IMG/VR virus record: IMGVR_UViG_3300028886_000035
Location: 96,001 to 160,000 of that record
Reading direction: 5' to 3' (one strand)
Length of the DNA stretch: 64,000 nucleotides
DNA from: a virus
Taxonomy: Duplodnaviria; Caudoviricetes
Numbering within the stretch: position 1 is the stretch's first letter; every line of letters starts with the position of its first letter. A model generated the notes under the pieces. The model did not search any database. It saw nothing but the letters and a program-made list of their open reading frames with translations, and was not told the DNA's origin. The position numbers and the translations under genes are program-made. Shown piece by piece: positions 29,081 through 40,164 of the stretch.

Positions 29081-30244
29081 TTATTTTTTCTCTGTATATT
29101 TTAAGTGAACTAAATCATAATAATTGTATAATTTTCTCGAATGGTTATAATTAAGCCATTGATTTCTCATATCCTGCATATCAGAATAATAAGGATTTTC
29201 TACATCATTAGCATTAATAACAAATCCTGTACTTTCATCACACGTACAATAACTTTGTGTATCTATTAATGTCTGATATGAATCACTTTTTTCTTTCATA
29301 TTTTCTACATCTTTACCAAATATGAAACATCCACGAACAGCTTCTTCATCTGTATATGAAACCCCATTATGATTATCGTAGAATTGAATTTTATATTTTT
29401 TCCTTGGTTCAAATTTTACTAACATAGCATCTGCTTTATGTTTATTATCTCCTTTATACGATGTATCATTTAAACCATCATTAAAAGTAGTTAATGTAAT
29501 ACTATTAGTAAAATCATCAGAATCATTATCATTCCATGATATACGTAAATCCAAACCAATCATAAACATTTTTGTAATACCACACGTATATTGTGGTGTT
29601 TTTAAAATAATTCCATCATCTATTAATCTAACTCTACCACCAAAAATTGCTTTAAATGCTTTATATAAATAACTGTAATCTGTAGCATTAATAAAATAAT
29701 TATCTTGTACAAAATATTCTTTTATTAAGTTATAAATAACATTTGTACAAATTTGCCAAACTGTACCATCATTTTCTGTGTATCTCATTCCACTATCATA
29801 CTCTGAACCAACAGGAGCTAATGGTAAATAACCAAATTCTCCATTATCATCTAATTGTACTTTTACATATTTATTTGGATAAGGAAAATAAACTGTATTA
29901 TGAAAAATAACACATTCTATTGGTTTTCCTGTTTTAGAATGTACATAAAATGAATGGTCATATACAGGAACATTAGAATGAACCTCTCTATATGTATCAT
30001 TATGTATTATTTCCTGACGATTAATTTTTCTAGTAGTATCAAAGCAGATATTATTCATATTATGAACGTGTCGTACTGTATCATTTTTAAATACGTCTGT
30101 ACGATATATTTCCCTACACGTATCATTTCTATCTGTTCTACTATTTCCTATATTGCGAAACGTATCTAACTTTTGTGTTACTCGTTTACCTTCTACAATA
30201 CCTTTAACAATAAAGATTTTTGGAGTGGAAATTTTTTGTATCAT
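29081..30244 (-). CDS. Tail fibre/receptor-binding associated protein (paralog of 33567..34931)
   Basis: Shared YxPL...S..DSGMR, TGI..MF.IGL..RI, TT.N.GL..TS..GD....A.AML.KF and YNYYDL..L.Y; N-terminal DT.R repeats. Confidence 0.7.
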   Translation of the reverse strand: MIQKISTPKIFIVKGIVEGKRVTQKLDTFRNIGNSRTDRNDTCREIYRTDVFKNDTVRHVHNMNNICFDTTRKINRQEIIHNDTYREVHSNVPVYDHSFYVHSKTGKPIECVIFHNTVYFPYPNKYVKVQLDDNGEFGYLPLAPVGSEYDSGMRYTENDGTVWQICTNVIYNLIKEYFVQDNYFINATDYSYLYKAFKAIFGGRVRLIDDGIILKTPQYTCGITKMFMIGLDLRISWNDNDSDDFTNSITLTTFNDGLNDTSYKGDNKHKADAMLVKFEPRKKYKIQFYDNHNGVSYTDEEAVRGCFIFGKDVENMKEKSDSYQTLIDTQSYCTCDESTGFVINANDVENPYYSDMQDMRNQWLNYNHSRKLYNYYDLVHLKYTEKK

Positions 30245-31203
30245 TCAGAACACCCACTTTCCATTTTATAATCTCTTTGTAAAGTATTATAATCCCAAAA
30301 AATACCTTCTATTGGTTCTATTTCCATTACTTCTGATTGTATTCCTGCTTTTGGTTCATTATAAGGTACAGTTTTTATAGAATCGGTAAAATTATTCACA
30401 TTAAATTTCATAAAATTACCTAAGTTCGTATCACAACTTGCTTTTAATGCAGAAATGGATAATCCATATACAGAATATTTATCCACCTTTATATCTTCTA
30501 TTTGTTTTAAATCTTTTAAATTTTGTTGGATAAATTTGCCTTCCTTATTTGTTTTAAAACCATCACCATCTGCTTGCCAATTTGAAGTGATATTAGTATC
30601 TAATATTTCACAAGTAAGATTTCCCAATTTAGAATCGCCTATAATAAAATTAGATAATGCAGTTCCAAATTGAGTATAATAATTCACATCATCTGTTAAT
30701 ATAGGAATAATATTTTTGATTTGTACTCTATATGGTTGCTCATTATCAAAGAATTTAATTAATCTATCTTTAAACGTATATAATAGTTCATTTTCTTCCC
30801 ATAAATCTATCTGTTCTACTGTTCCATTACTGTGTAAATGTAATTCATAAGAATGAATTTTATCAAATTCCATATAACCTTCATATAATTGACTATTATC
30901 ACAAGTAAGAACAATATTATTGTGAGAACCAATATTAAAAGTTAAATCATGGTGTTCACTAGTAATTCTAAGTAAACCTTTCTTATCGTTTGTATTCTCA
31001 TTAGACAAATTGGTATATACATCGAAACGTACATACCAATCAAACATTTTTTTATTGCTATATACATTATACCAATATACATTACTAAATGGAATAATGT
31101 ATTGTTTACAATGTGTATATTTTTTGTCCTGACCTTCTTGATAAGAAAAATTACTTTCTTGAAATAAAGACCCAAAACCAGGGTTTATATATACAATACT
31201 CAT
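30241..31203 (-). CDS. NPGF-family putative tail/receptor-binding protein 1
   Basis: N-terminal VYINPGF; beta-rich; paralog of 34947, 35979 and 37012. Confidence 0.65.
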   Translation of the reverse strand: MSIVYINPGFGSLFQESNFSYQEGQDKKYTHCKQYIIPFSNVYWYNVYSNKKMFDWYVRFDVYTNLSNENTNDKKGLLRITSEHHDLTFNIGSHNNIVLTCDNSQLYEGYMEFDKIHSYELHLHSNGTVEQIDLWEENELLYTFKDRLIKFFDNEQPYRVQIKNIIPILTDDVNYYTQFGTALSNFIIGDSKLGNLTCEILDTNITSNWQADGDGFKTNKEGKFIQQNLKDLKQIEDIKVDKYSVYGLSISALKASCDTNLGNFMKFNVNNFTDSIKTVPYNEPKAGIQSEVMEIEPIEGIFWDYNTLQRDYKMESGCSE

Positions 31204-31217
31204 AATTTTCCTCCCCC

Positions 31218-31646
31218 TTAAACCGTTACAATATATGTATCTAAACGAATTGATACAGATATATCTTTACGTGGCTTTTCATCAGAAGAAGAAGAAATTT
31301 TTAACCAAAAAATTGTATTCGTTGATGTAATTGTATCTGTTATAACTAAACTATTTTTGAATAACCCTTTTGTTTTAGCTTCTGTTTCATTCTTAAAATC
31401 TTCATCTTTTGCAATTTGCCATTTTTCTCTCGTCAACCCAATAAATGAAATGGCTGTTTTATTTGATTTGTACCCTGGTTGTGTTCTAATTGCACATTTC
31501 AAATACTTTACTTCACTTTTTGTAGCATCTAATGATACTGAAACTGGGTCAGTCTGTAAATCATTTTGTGATACTAATGTACCGTCCGTCTTTCCTTTTG
31601 TTACAGTACCTTTATATATGTTTATATATTCATTAGGCGTTGCCAA
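31218..31646 (-). CDS. Putative tail-associated structural protein
   Basis: 142 aa, TTG start after AAAGGTG SD, inside the fibre module. Confidence 0.65.
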   Translation of the reverse strand: MATPNEYINIYKGTVTKGKTDGTLVSQNDLQTDPVSVSLDATKSEVKYLKCAIRTQPGYKSNKTAISFIGLTREKWQIAKDEDFKNETEAKTKGLFKNSLVITDTITSTNTIFWLKISSSSDEKPRKDISVSIRLDTYIVTV

Positions 31647-31665
31647 TTATATCACACCTTTTATA

Positions 31666-33528
31666 TTAATTATTAATTACGGCAGTTGATGTTCCATTGA
31701 ACATAAAAGTATTACCTTCCATATATCCCAATTCTTTAATTATTTCACCTGTAGTAGATGGCATTGTATATGTAGTCTTACCGTTTTTACCCAAATATAC
31801 AACATAACCGTTATGAGTAGAATCTGTTGTTGGTAATGCATAAGATTGTGATACTAATGTAGTTCTTGTAGCATCGCTATCAGATAATGCAATAACAATT
31901 TTTGTGGCAGTTAATGTATTACCATTATCTGCCAATTTATACCCACCTGAAGAATAATATAATATGTCTCCTTTTTTACAACTACTACCTATAGCCATTC
32001 TAGCTTTATGAGCACCTATAGCATTAACCGCTTTTAACTGTTTTATATCTAGTTGCATTTGTGCTATCTCTGCTAATGTTTGTGGATTGAATGTAGAACC
32101 ATCTACGGCATCTACAGATGTATCTATCCATACCCTACCACCTGGGATATGCATCATATCCGTAGCATGGATTACAGGCGCACACAGGTCGTTTTTTTGT
32201 ATATAAGCATAACTATTATATTCTAATTTACCATTTTTACCTTGATTTATCGTTAAATAACGTTTATCTGTATCGTTTTTATAAATTTTTACAGTATAAG
32301 CGTCACCACCTGATTTATCTGAACCAGCATAATTATGGGTATGATTATATAAAGCATTACTTGTAACTAATTTATTACTACCATTAACACCTTGTATATT
32401 CGTTTCTACGTCTCTTGAACAAGCCTCTCTTAACGTATATCCTTCATATGTCTTATTTGTTAATGCTTGACTATCAGATGTAGTAATAACAGGCTTATCA
32501 TTAGAATATAATTTACCATCTATCATATACGCTTTGCTATTTGAATACGTATATTCTTTTTGGTTTTGATGTTCACCACCAACTAAATATAATTTACCAT
32601 TTTTTTGCGTAGCATTCGTTGTACCACTAACTGCTTCATCAGGTAAAGTTAAGGTTCTGTTTTCTATACCTGTAATTAATCCTTTATTATTAATAATAAT
32701 CCTAGGAACTAGAAAACTTTCATTCATTTTTAATTTACGAGCTTTATTATCACCATAAGTACCTGCAAACGAACCAATTGTATTTAACGATAAATGCACA
32801 GAATAATTATTATCTGTACCATCAAACATATACGAACCAATAACATCACCATAGTAAGAAATTTGTGATTTCTTACTTAATTTCGTAGCTTTTGTTGCAG
32901 TACCATCTAAATCACCATGAAATTTCGTTGCAGTAATATCATCACCCTGTACAAATACATTTGATGTATGATACATTTTATTTGGATTACCTGATGTTAC
33001 ACCTGATAGTAAAATCTTATTCGCATTATCGACTAACACTTTAATAGTATTAGCGTCTCCGCCAATGGTATCTGAACCTGCATACTTATGTGTATGATGT
33101 GTCATATCATACATTAACTTATTTACATCTTTACGTAAATCATTAATTAATGATTGATTTTTGCTATCTTGTAAACTAACATGATTTTTTAAAGCATCTA
33201 AATCAGAACGTATATTAGAAGCAATATTTCTTATATCTAAAAATTCTTTTGTATTTTTATCATCTTGTGATTTTACCGCATTTTGAAAATCTGTTAAATC
33301 TTTTCTTAATTTATCACAAGTAGTTTTTAAGAATTTTGTTCGATTTGCTAATTGCTGGTGGGGAATATTATCATATCCGTCAACTCCACCATGTATATAA
33401 TCTTGTTCGTCTATTAGATATATTGTATTTTCCCACGTATCTTTTTCTTGTACAACAGAATTTTCAGTCAATACATCTTTTTGTTGTGGAACACCATCTT
33501 TATATGTAACTTTTGACAAATCTTTCAC
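31666..33528 (-). CDS. Tail fibre protein A
   Basis: NIPHQQLANRTKFLK baseplate-attachment-type motif, coiled coil, HTHKYAG and HTHNYAG motifs; paralog of 37958..39703. Confidence 0.8.
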   Translation of the reverse strand: MKDLSKVTYKDGVPQQKDVLTENSVVQEKDTWENTIYLIDEQDYIHGGVDGYDNIPHQQLANRTKFLKTTCDKLRKDLTDFQNAVKSQDDKNTKEFLDIRNIASNIRSDLDALKNHVSLQDSKNQSLINDLRKDVNKLMYDMTHHTHKYAGSDTIGGDANTIKVLVDNANKILLSGVTSGNPNKMYHTSNVFVQGDDITATKFHGDLDGTATKATKLSKKSQISYYGDVIGSYMFDGTDNNYSVHLSLNTIGSFAGTYGDNKARKLKMNESFLVPRIIINNKGLITGIENRTLTLPDEAVSGTTNATQKNGKLYLVGGEHQNQKEYTYSNSKAYMIDGKLYSNDKPVITTSDSQALTNKTYEGYTLREACSRDVETNIQGVNGSNKLVTSNALYNHTHNYAGSDKSGGDAYTVKIYKNDTDKRYLTINQGKNGKLEYNSYAYIQKNDLCAPVIHATDMMHIPGGRVWIDTSVDAVDGSTFNPQTLAEIAQMQLDIKQLKAVNAIGAHKARMAIGSSCKKGDILYYSSGGYKLADNGNTLTATKIVIALSDSDATRTTLVSQSYALPTTDSTHNGYVVYLGKNGKTTYTMPSTTGEIIKELGYMEGNTFMFNGTSTAVINN

Positions 33529-33542
33529 CCACCTTTATTTTC

Positions 33543-33557
33543 TCTATAAATAAAATA
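33543..33557 (-). promoter_or_regulatory. Candidate late promoter TATT-N7-TAGA
   Basis: Minus strand TATTTTATTTATAGA directly upstream of fibre A. Confidence 0.55.
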
Positions 33558-33566
33558 AATCAGACA

Positions 33567-34931
33567 TTATGTTATATCGGTTTGATACCTTAATTTTGAT
33601 AAATCGTAATAATTATATGTATGACGAGAATTTGTATAAGACAAATAAGCACTTCTAAAATAATTAATATATTTATTTGTCAAATCAACACAATGTATAT
33701 AGTTTGTTTTTACATCATATAAGAACCATTTATAATTTCTATTTAATTGTTCAAATGAATAACTATATCTAGGTAATGATTCTGTTGTCATCCCAAACAC
33801 AATTGCATTTTTAACTAATGCACTACTATCATAAGATGTGCCATAATATTCATCATTAAATTCTATTTTAAATGTTTCTCCTTTATTAAATTTAATAAGC
33901 ATGGCATTTGCTAACCAATTTTGGTCTCCACCAAATGATGTTGTTTGCAAACCATTATTATAAGTAGTTAATTCTACTCCATATTTGTTTGTTATTCTTA
34001 TATTTAACCCGATTACAAACATTTGTGAAATTCCTGTAATTGGATTTGGTGGTGTAAAATAAATTCCTTTACTGTCAGAAGCCATTTTAACGTGTGCTCT
34101 ACCAAATATACCACATAATATTGCATATAATTCTGCATATGTTGTCATTGGTATTAAAATATCTCCAAATGGGAAATATTTATTATTTATATTATCTTGC
34201 CTAGCTACACAAATCTGTAATTCGTTACCATATTCATCTGTTACTCTCATACCACTATCAAAATCAGAATCTAATCTATCTAATGGTACATATCTTGTTT
34301 TACCATCGGAACAATAACAAGACAAATGAGCATTTTGTAATGGAAAACCTTCTGTATTATCATACATCTTACATTTGACTGTTTTTCCCCATTTCTCCAT
34401 ATAAAAATTAAAATACCATTGTCTTATAGATTTTTTCCCTGCACCAAAATCAGAATCATGATATGTAATATATGGATATTCATTTACATCCAATCCATTT
34501 ATTTCATTATATGTAATATAAGGATACTGATATACTTGTTCTTTATTGTTAAATTGATAAGTAATATATGGATATATTGTTGTATCTTTTTCATTTTGTT
34601 TAACATCAAATTTAATTTGTGTTGCTTTTTGTTTTATATTTACACGTTTCGCTATATCCATTTGCGTATATAAATGAGAATGTGTTTGAGGTATTTTTGG
34701 TATTGTCATAACACCAAATAATTTTGGTTTAAAAAAGGTTTTATTTTCAGATATTACACCAAATGCCTGTGGTTTTACATAGGTATCCTTATTTGTATGT
34801 ACACCAAATAATTGTGGTTTAATATATGACGTTTTCATCGTCATAACACCAAATGATTTTACTTCCTTCACTATACTATCTAGGTAAGATACTACCGCAA
34901 AAATTTGCGGGGTTACATAGATTTTATCCAT
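33567..34931 (-). CDS. Tail fibre/receptor-binding associated protein (paralog of 29081..30244)
   Basis: Same C-terminal domain; N-terminal Y.KPQ.FGV repeats and YPYITY x3. Confidence 0.7.
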   Translation of the reverse strand: MDKIYVTPQIFAVVSYLDSIVKEVKSFGVMTMKTSYIKPQLFGVHTNKDTYVKPQAFGVISENKTFFKPKLFGVMTIPKIPQTHSHLYTQMDIAKRVNIKQKATQIKFDVKQNEKDTTIYPYITYQFNNKEQVYQYPYITYNEINGLDVNEYPYITYHDSDFGAGKKSIRQWYFNFYMEKWGKTVKCKMYDNTEGFPLQNAHLSCYCSDGKTRYVPLDRLDSDFDSGMRVTDEYGNELQICVARQDNINNKYFPFGDILIPMTTYAELYAILCGIFGRAHVKMASDSKGIYFTPPNPITGISQMFVIGLNIRITNKYGVELTTYNNGLQTTSFGGDQNWLANAMLIKFNKGETFKIEFNDEYYGTSYDSSALVKNAIVFGMTTESLPRYSYSFEQLNRNYKWFLYDVKTNYIHCVDLTNKYINYFRSAYLSYTNSRHTYNYYDLSKLRYQTDIT

Positions 34932-34946
34932 TATCTCACCTACTTT

Positions 34947-35972
34947 TTAATTATTCTTGATTTTATTCGTTATTGTAAAAATAGCTTTTGAAAAGTTATC
35001 TTCATTCCACTCTACATTATTATTAGGATTTTTAACTAAGATTTTAGAATTGTTTCCATAATATTTTTGATTTGCTAAATGTTGTTCATCATATTGTGTA
35101 TCATTAACAGAATATGTAATATCATTATTACCATATGAATAAGCAACTTCGCTACCTAACATAACGGCATCTATAGATGTATTATCATACCAATCTATTT
35201 TCTTTTTTAATTCGGTCATATCTACCTGATATTTGATTACATCATCATTATTCCCTGTAACATATGTTCCATCAGATTTTTTTGCCCAATTTGTACCTGT
35301 CATTACTTTTATTGGAAATTCTACACAATATTTATCATCTAAATTATTTTCACTTATAATAATATTTGAAATATTGCGACCACATGTAGTAGCCCCACAT
35401 ATAGATATGTTATCAATATAAAAGAATTTTTCAGGCTTATATAATAAATAAATTCCTGTTTTAACATCTAAAGTAAAATTTTTATCGTTATTTAATTTTA
35501 CTTCAATATGTGTCGATAAATCTAATTCGCTATAATATATATGTAATTTTACATTTATCAATGTTGCTTTAAAAATATCTACATTATTTAATTCTCCAAT
35601 TATGGAAGCATTATTGTTTTTATCTGTTACTTCTATATACATTGTTTTATCTTTATATTTTAATGATATTAAAGGATAATTTTCGTTTGATGTTGCTAGA
35701 TTTATTAATGGGGATTTTTGTGTCTCTTTTTCATAATAATCATAAGATATATATAGTTCTTTAATTGATTTTAATTTATCTTTCGTATTCGTATTAAATA
35801 ACCATGTATCAATATGAGTATTATCAGGATAATTGCACCAATAACTATTAGTAAAATTGTTTTTACATTTTATTTCATTACCGTTTTCCCTAGTATCTGC
35901 ACATACCATATTAGGTAAAAATTGATAGTACCCCGGGTTTATATATAAAAAATTATTAGACAATATCATCAT
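34947..35972 (-). CDS. NPGF-family protein 2
   Basis: LYINPGY; ISNIII and ..NP....WN motifs. Confidence 0.65.
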   Translation of the reverse strand: MMILSNNFLYINPGYYQFLPNMVCADTRENGNEIKCKNNFTNSYWCNYPDNTHIDTWLFNTNTKDKLKSIKELYISYDYYEKETQKSPLINLATSNENYPLISLKYKDKTMYIEVTDKNNNASIIGELNNVDIFKATLINVKLHIYYSELDLSTHIEVKLNNDKNFTLDVKTGIYLLYKPEKFFYIDNISICGATTCGRNISNIIISENNLDDKYCVEFPIKVMTGTNWAKKSDGTYVTGNNDDVIKYQVDMTELKKKIDWYDNTSIDAVMLGSEVAYSYGNNDITYSVNDTQYDEQHLANQKYYGNNSKILVKNPNNNVEWNEDNFSKAIFTITNKIKNN

Positions 35973-35978
35973 TCCTCC

Positions 35979-37007
35979 TTATATATTTTCTTTACTCTTT
36001 ATTGTAAAATTTGCTTGCGATAAACTATTTACATTCCACGTAAAATCATTTGAAGGATTTTTATCTAATATTTTAGATTTAAATCCTTTATTTTTATTGC
36101 TATCTACAACTATCGTTTCTATTGGAACATTATCTATACTTAATTCTACGTGTTCTGTACCTTCTGAATATCCTGTCGTTGCACCAAATAATACATCATG
36201 AATATTTACTTGATTACTTATATAATAATCATAATCTAAAAAAATTGCCGTATTCGATGAAAAATTCATTTTTTGATTATTAGAATCTGCATAGTACAAA
36301 TTGTTCTTCTTTGTCCATGTAGTACTATCTATTTTAGTAGGTACTAAAATACTTTTCTTCCCTTTTAATGTTTCATTACCTGCAATAATACTAGATATAT
36401 AACTAGTATCAATATTAGAACCGATATATGTATTTATAATATTATTCGTATTAAACCATTTACTTATATCTACTTTTTTATATACTACATTATTTATCCA
36501 TAATTCTATACTGTTTTCAGTTCTCATATTAATGTGTATATCAAAATTTGTTATTGATTTATACAATCCTATCTGTTCTATTTCAAATAAGTATTGAAAT
36601 GTATCTGATGATGTATCTACTTCATTTTTTCTGTTTTCTATTTGTGATAAAAGATTTGATTGCATAATATTATTGATTCCATCTGTGGCTATAAATAACA
36701 AATTATACTCTTTTTGATTATCTAAAATCATATCTATATATGGATATTTTTCATTATCTAATTTAAATCTTACCAATGGAGTATAATTATTTGTTCTTCC
36801 TTTAGTTTCAGTAATATATAAATCGAAATCGAAGTAATACTCATTTGATTTAAATAAAGTATCAGTCTCATATAAAGCGTAATATTCATTTTTATTAAGT
36901 GATATATATGTTCCTATATGAGTTTTCTTTTTATCTATATTTGTATCACTTTTTTTAGTTGGATTAACTAACAATTCATTGAACCCTGGGTTTGCATAAT
37001 ATATCAT
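35979..37007 (-). CDS. NPGF-family protein 3
   Basis: YYANPGF; IELWINN, ISSIIA, KNP....WN. Confidence 0.65.
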   Translation of the reverse strand: MIYYANPGFNELLVNPTKKSDTNIDKKKTHIGTYISLNKNEYYALYETDTLFKSNEYYFDFDLYITETKGRTNNYTPLVRFKLDNEKYPYIDMILDNQKEYNLLFIATDGINNIMQSNLLSQIENRKNEVDTSSDTFQYLFEIEQIGLYKSITNFDIHINMRTENSIELWINNVVYKKVDISKWFNTNNIINTYIGSNIDTSYISSIIAGNETLKGKKSILVPTKIDSTTWTKKNNLYYADSNNQKMNFSSNTAIFLDYDYYISNQVNIHDVLFGATTGYSEGTEHVELSIDNVPIETIVVDSNKNKGFKSKILDKNPSNDFTWNVNSLSQANFTIKSKENI

Positions 37008-37011
37008 ATTA

Positions 37012-37944
37012 TCACTTCCTGCTTAGTTCAATGTATATTTTTTTATTAGAAAATTCATTTGCGCTAAATGGTTTTTTGGTTTCAGTATTAGTAGATACAT
37101 ACGCATTATTATATCCTGTCTGATTTGACTCAATTTTGAACGAACCTAAATCTTGATTATCTAAATGTTGTACCGCTTCTGTTTTATATGTATCTTCATT
37201 TTCTACTTTAGTAACCAATCCAAAACCTGTTATATCTTTATACATATTATTGTCTAATAACTCATTTATTGTAAATTCTCCTGAAGTATTATTAGCAATA
37301 ATTTTATGTGTATAATCTGTGGTAAGCATATGAATACGTTCATTTCCAATTTTATTTGAATCATTATAAATAATGTTAGATATACAAGTATTTACATCTA
37401 ATACATAATTACAATAAAAATTTATACGATTCACTTTATTTATTGCACCAGTTTTATATAAACTAGTATCTAATAAATTACGTACTAATCTTCCGTTTAC
37501 ATACACTTCAATTGTTGTGGTATTACTCCATATAACATGTAATTCAAATGTATTAATTTCGTTTATTTTTACATATAATGGGTCGGACATTAATGGAATT
37601 TTGCTATTAGTTAAAATATTCACTTCAAATGTATCTTTTAAATATTGTTTAAAACATAATTGCAAATTTTTATTTGGGTCAGAGTCATGATAAAAATCAA
37701 ATACTTTTACCCAATCATTAATAAAATTTGTACTTCCTGGAGCTTTTGTAATAGACATATCAAACAAAATATAAAAATTATCTACTAAATTAACAGTTTT
37801 ATAAAAAACACAATTATCACAATCATTTAATTTTAAATAGTATCCTGTATTTGACCTTTCATGATTTTCATCTATTCCGATTACATTATCATTAAATATT
37901 TGGTATTCAAATATCTGTGGGAAACCAGGGTTTGTATATTTCAT
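37012..37944 (-). CDS. NPGF-family protein 4
   Basis: KYTNPGF; FELHV...IEVYVNG, ISNII. Confidence 0.65.
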   Translation of the reverse strand: MKYTNPGFPQIFEYQIFNDNVIGIDENHERSNTGYYLKLNDCDNCVFYKTVNLVDNFYILFDMSITKAPGSTNFINDWVKVFDFYHDSDPNKNLQLCFKQYLKDTFEVNILTNSKIPLMSDPLYVKINEINTFELHVIWSNTTTIEVYVNGRLVRNLLDTSLYKTGAINKVNRINFYCNYVLDVNTCISNIIYNDSNKIGNERIHMLTTDYTHKIIANNTSGEFTINELLDNNMYKDITGFGLVTKVENEDTYKTEAVQHLDNQDLGSFKIESNQTGYNNAYVSTNTETKKPFSANEFSNKKIYIELSRK

Positions 37945-37957
37945 TTATATCCCTCCT

Positions 37958-39703
37958 TTATACGTTAATTATTGCTACTGTATTTGGATTAAATATTAAC
38001 ATATTACCTTCTACATAACCAATTTTCTTACACACACGTCCTGTAGTAGTTATTGGTACATAAGAAATCTTACCATTGTCTCCAACATAACAAGTCTGAC
38101 CATTGTGAGAAGTAGTACCTAAATCGAATCTTCCACTATACATAACTGCTATATCTTGTGATAAACCATCTGTAGTAGCCAATACAATATTATCACAGTT
38201 ACTATTGTTTTTGTTATTAGCAGGTTCATATCCTGATGGTTTATATACTAATAAATCCCCTGCATGAATTTTTATATCGGTAGCATTTGTACCTCCATAC
38301 GATGGATTTAATTTAACAATTTGTGTTGTCCTAGCAATGCCAGTAGTATCTTTTGCTATATCTGCATTACCACTCCATGCTTCTTCATCAATAGGTACTT
38401 TATTAGAATCAATCCATATTTTACCACCAGGAATATACATATTTTGTGTAGCATATAAATCTTTAGAATATAATCCTGTACCTTTAACGTATATATTGGT
38501 ATTTTTCTTTAAAGCCCCTTTTTTATCATTATTAACAACCAAGTAATTAATATTATCGTTATCTATATCAATCTTGCTATATAAACTTCTCCCATCAACA
38601 CTATCTGCTAAAGCATAATTATGTTTATGTCTATATAAAGCATTACTTGTTGTTAAACGATTATCATCAGGCGACCCACCAACTGTTTCATCTACTCCAC
38701 GAGCACAGGCATCTCCTAAAACATATCCTTCATATGTTTTATTTTTCAATGCCTGATAATCTGTTAAATTAACAACTTCTTTACCATTTGAGTATAAATG
38801 ATGTTCGTCTATATAAACTAAATTTTGTGTATACGTAGACGCTTTACTTGCTTGTTCACTTGTACCCAATACAAATATTTTTTTATTGGTTGGTAAAGAA
38901 CTAGTAATTCCATTAATACCTAAATTATTTGGTAATGAGATTGTTCTATTATGAATATCAGTAACTAATCCCATACTATTAACTGTAATATCAGGAACGG
39001 TAAACGAACCACTTGTACCCAAAGTCATATCGCCAACTGTACCATATTCACCTTCATTTACAGATTGTGTACGAATATTAGTATTAATAATAATATCATT
39101 TGACCCATCCATTTGGACAGAACCCAATACATCACCTGTTAATGTCAATGTAATAGATTTATTTAATTGTTTTGCTTTATCTGCAATACCTTCCAAATCA
39201 CCTACTATTTTTGGTGCTTTTAAAGTATCATTTTCTATACTAATTTTAGAATTTCTTCTTAATTTATTTGGCATAGCTTCCATAGAGCCAATCAAATTAT
39301 ATTCTGTTAAATTATCTGTAATTACATCTACTGAATTAGCATCTCCACCAGGCTTTTTACCACCTGCATACATATGCGTATGAGTTTTCAATCCATTTTG
39401 TAATACACTTACATCTGTCGTAATAGACTTTAATTGAGCTAAAATAGATTTTTCGTCCATAGCAGAAGAAGTGTTTGATAATGTGGTTAAATCAGTAGAT
39501 AATTTATCTACTTTGTTTTTTAAATCATTATATTCTTTTGTATGGTCTGTTTTATATGTAGCTAAATAATTCTTTAACGCTTCTAAACTTGTTTTTAAAT
39601 ATAATGTTCTGTTTGCCAATTGTTGATTTGGCACATCATTATTTATATCTACAGAAGTTATAGAAGGAGAATAAATATCTGTTTCTGTTAAATTCTTTGG
39701 CAC
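37958..39703 (-). CDS. Tail fibre protein B
   Basis: VPNQQLANRTLYLK, HTHMYAG, L.NKTYEGY.L..AC.R.V, IPGGKIWID shared with fibre A. Confidence 0.8.
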   Translation of the reverse strand: MPKNLTETDIYSPSITSVDINNDVPNQQLANRTLYLKTSLEALKNYLATYKTDHTKEYNDLKNKVDKLSTDLTTLSNTSSAMDEKSILAQLKSITTDVSVLQNGLKTHTHMYAGGKKPGGDANSVDVITDNLTEYNLIGSMEAMPNKLRRNSKISIENDTLKAPKIVGDLEGIADKAKQLNKSITLTLTGDVLGSVQMDGSNDIIINTNIRTQSVNEGEYGTVGDMTLGTSGSFTVPDITVNSMGLVTDIHNRTISLPNNLGINGITSSLPTNKKIFVLGTSEQASKASTYTQNLVYIDEHHLYSNGKEVVNLTDYQALKNKTYEGYVLGDACARGVDETVGGSPDDNRLTTSNALYRHKHNYALADSVDGRSLYSKIDIDNDNINYLVVNNDKKGALKKNTNIYVKGTGLYSKDLYATQNMYIPGGKIWIDSNKVPIDEEAWSGNADIAKDTTGIARTTQIVKLNPSYGGTNATDIKIHAGDLLVYKPSGYEPANNKNNSNCDNIVLATTDGLSQDIAVMYSGRFDLGTTSHNGQTCYVGDNGKISYVPITTTGRVCKKIGYVEGNMLIFNPNTVAIINV

Positions 39704-39732
39704 ATTTATTCACTCCCTATTTTTATAATTTC

Positions 39733-39747
39733 TCTAAAAACAAAATA
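39733..39747 (-). promoter_or_regulatory. Candidate late promoter TATT-N7-TAGA
   Basis: Minus strand TATTTTGTTTTTAGA upstream of fibre B. Confidence 0.55.
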
Positions 39748-39797
39748 AAAAAAGCACGTAATTTTACTACGTACTTTCAGTTAAATCAATATTATTA

Positions 39798-39975
39798 TAC
39801 AGGTATATCATTTCATTATATCATTTCATTATATCATTTAATATACCTGTATTTTTAATAATAATATTATTAAATTTTTATATATAGTTTAATCACATCA
39901 ATTTAATTATACCAACATATCTAATTTAATATCTATATGCAAAAATTATACCAATATATCTACTTTAATATCTAA
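39798..39975. repeat. Non-coding repeats
   Basis: tacaggtatat/atatacctgta inverted repeat around a 13-bp tandem (tatatcatttcat); aattataccaa.atatcta.tttaatatcta x2. Confidence 0.6.
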
Positions 39976-40164
39976 TTCATTATACGAAACAATCTTTTTA
40001 TCTTAATATACAAATATATCTTTTCTTCTATTCTTTTTTCTATATATTAAATTACCAATCATGTGAATCAATATATTATGCACTATAATCTGTTTATAAA
40101 ATAAAGAAGTAATATTATTATTGATAAAATGATTATATAAGAATATCAATCTATATAATTTTTA

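Noticed and set aside
29081-39703. Diversity-generating retroelement or shufflon acting on tail genes
   Set aside because: No reverse transcriptase, invertase, adenine-specific TR/VR pair or inverted cassettes were seen; the NPGF similarity is at protein level and all genes are co-oriented.
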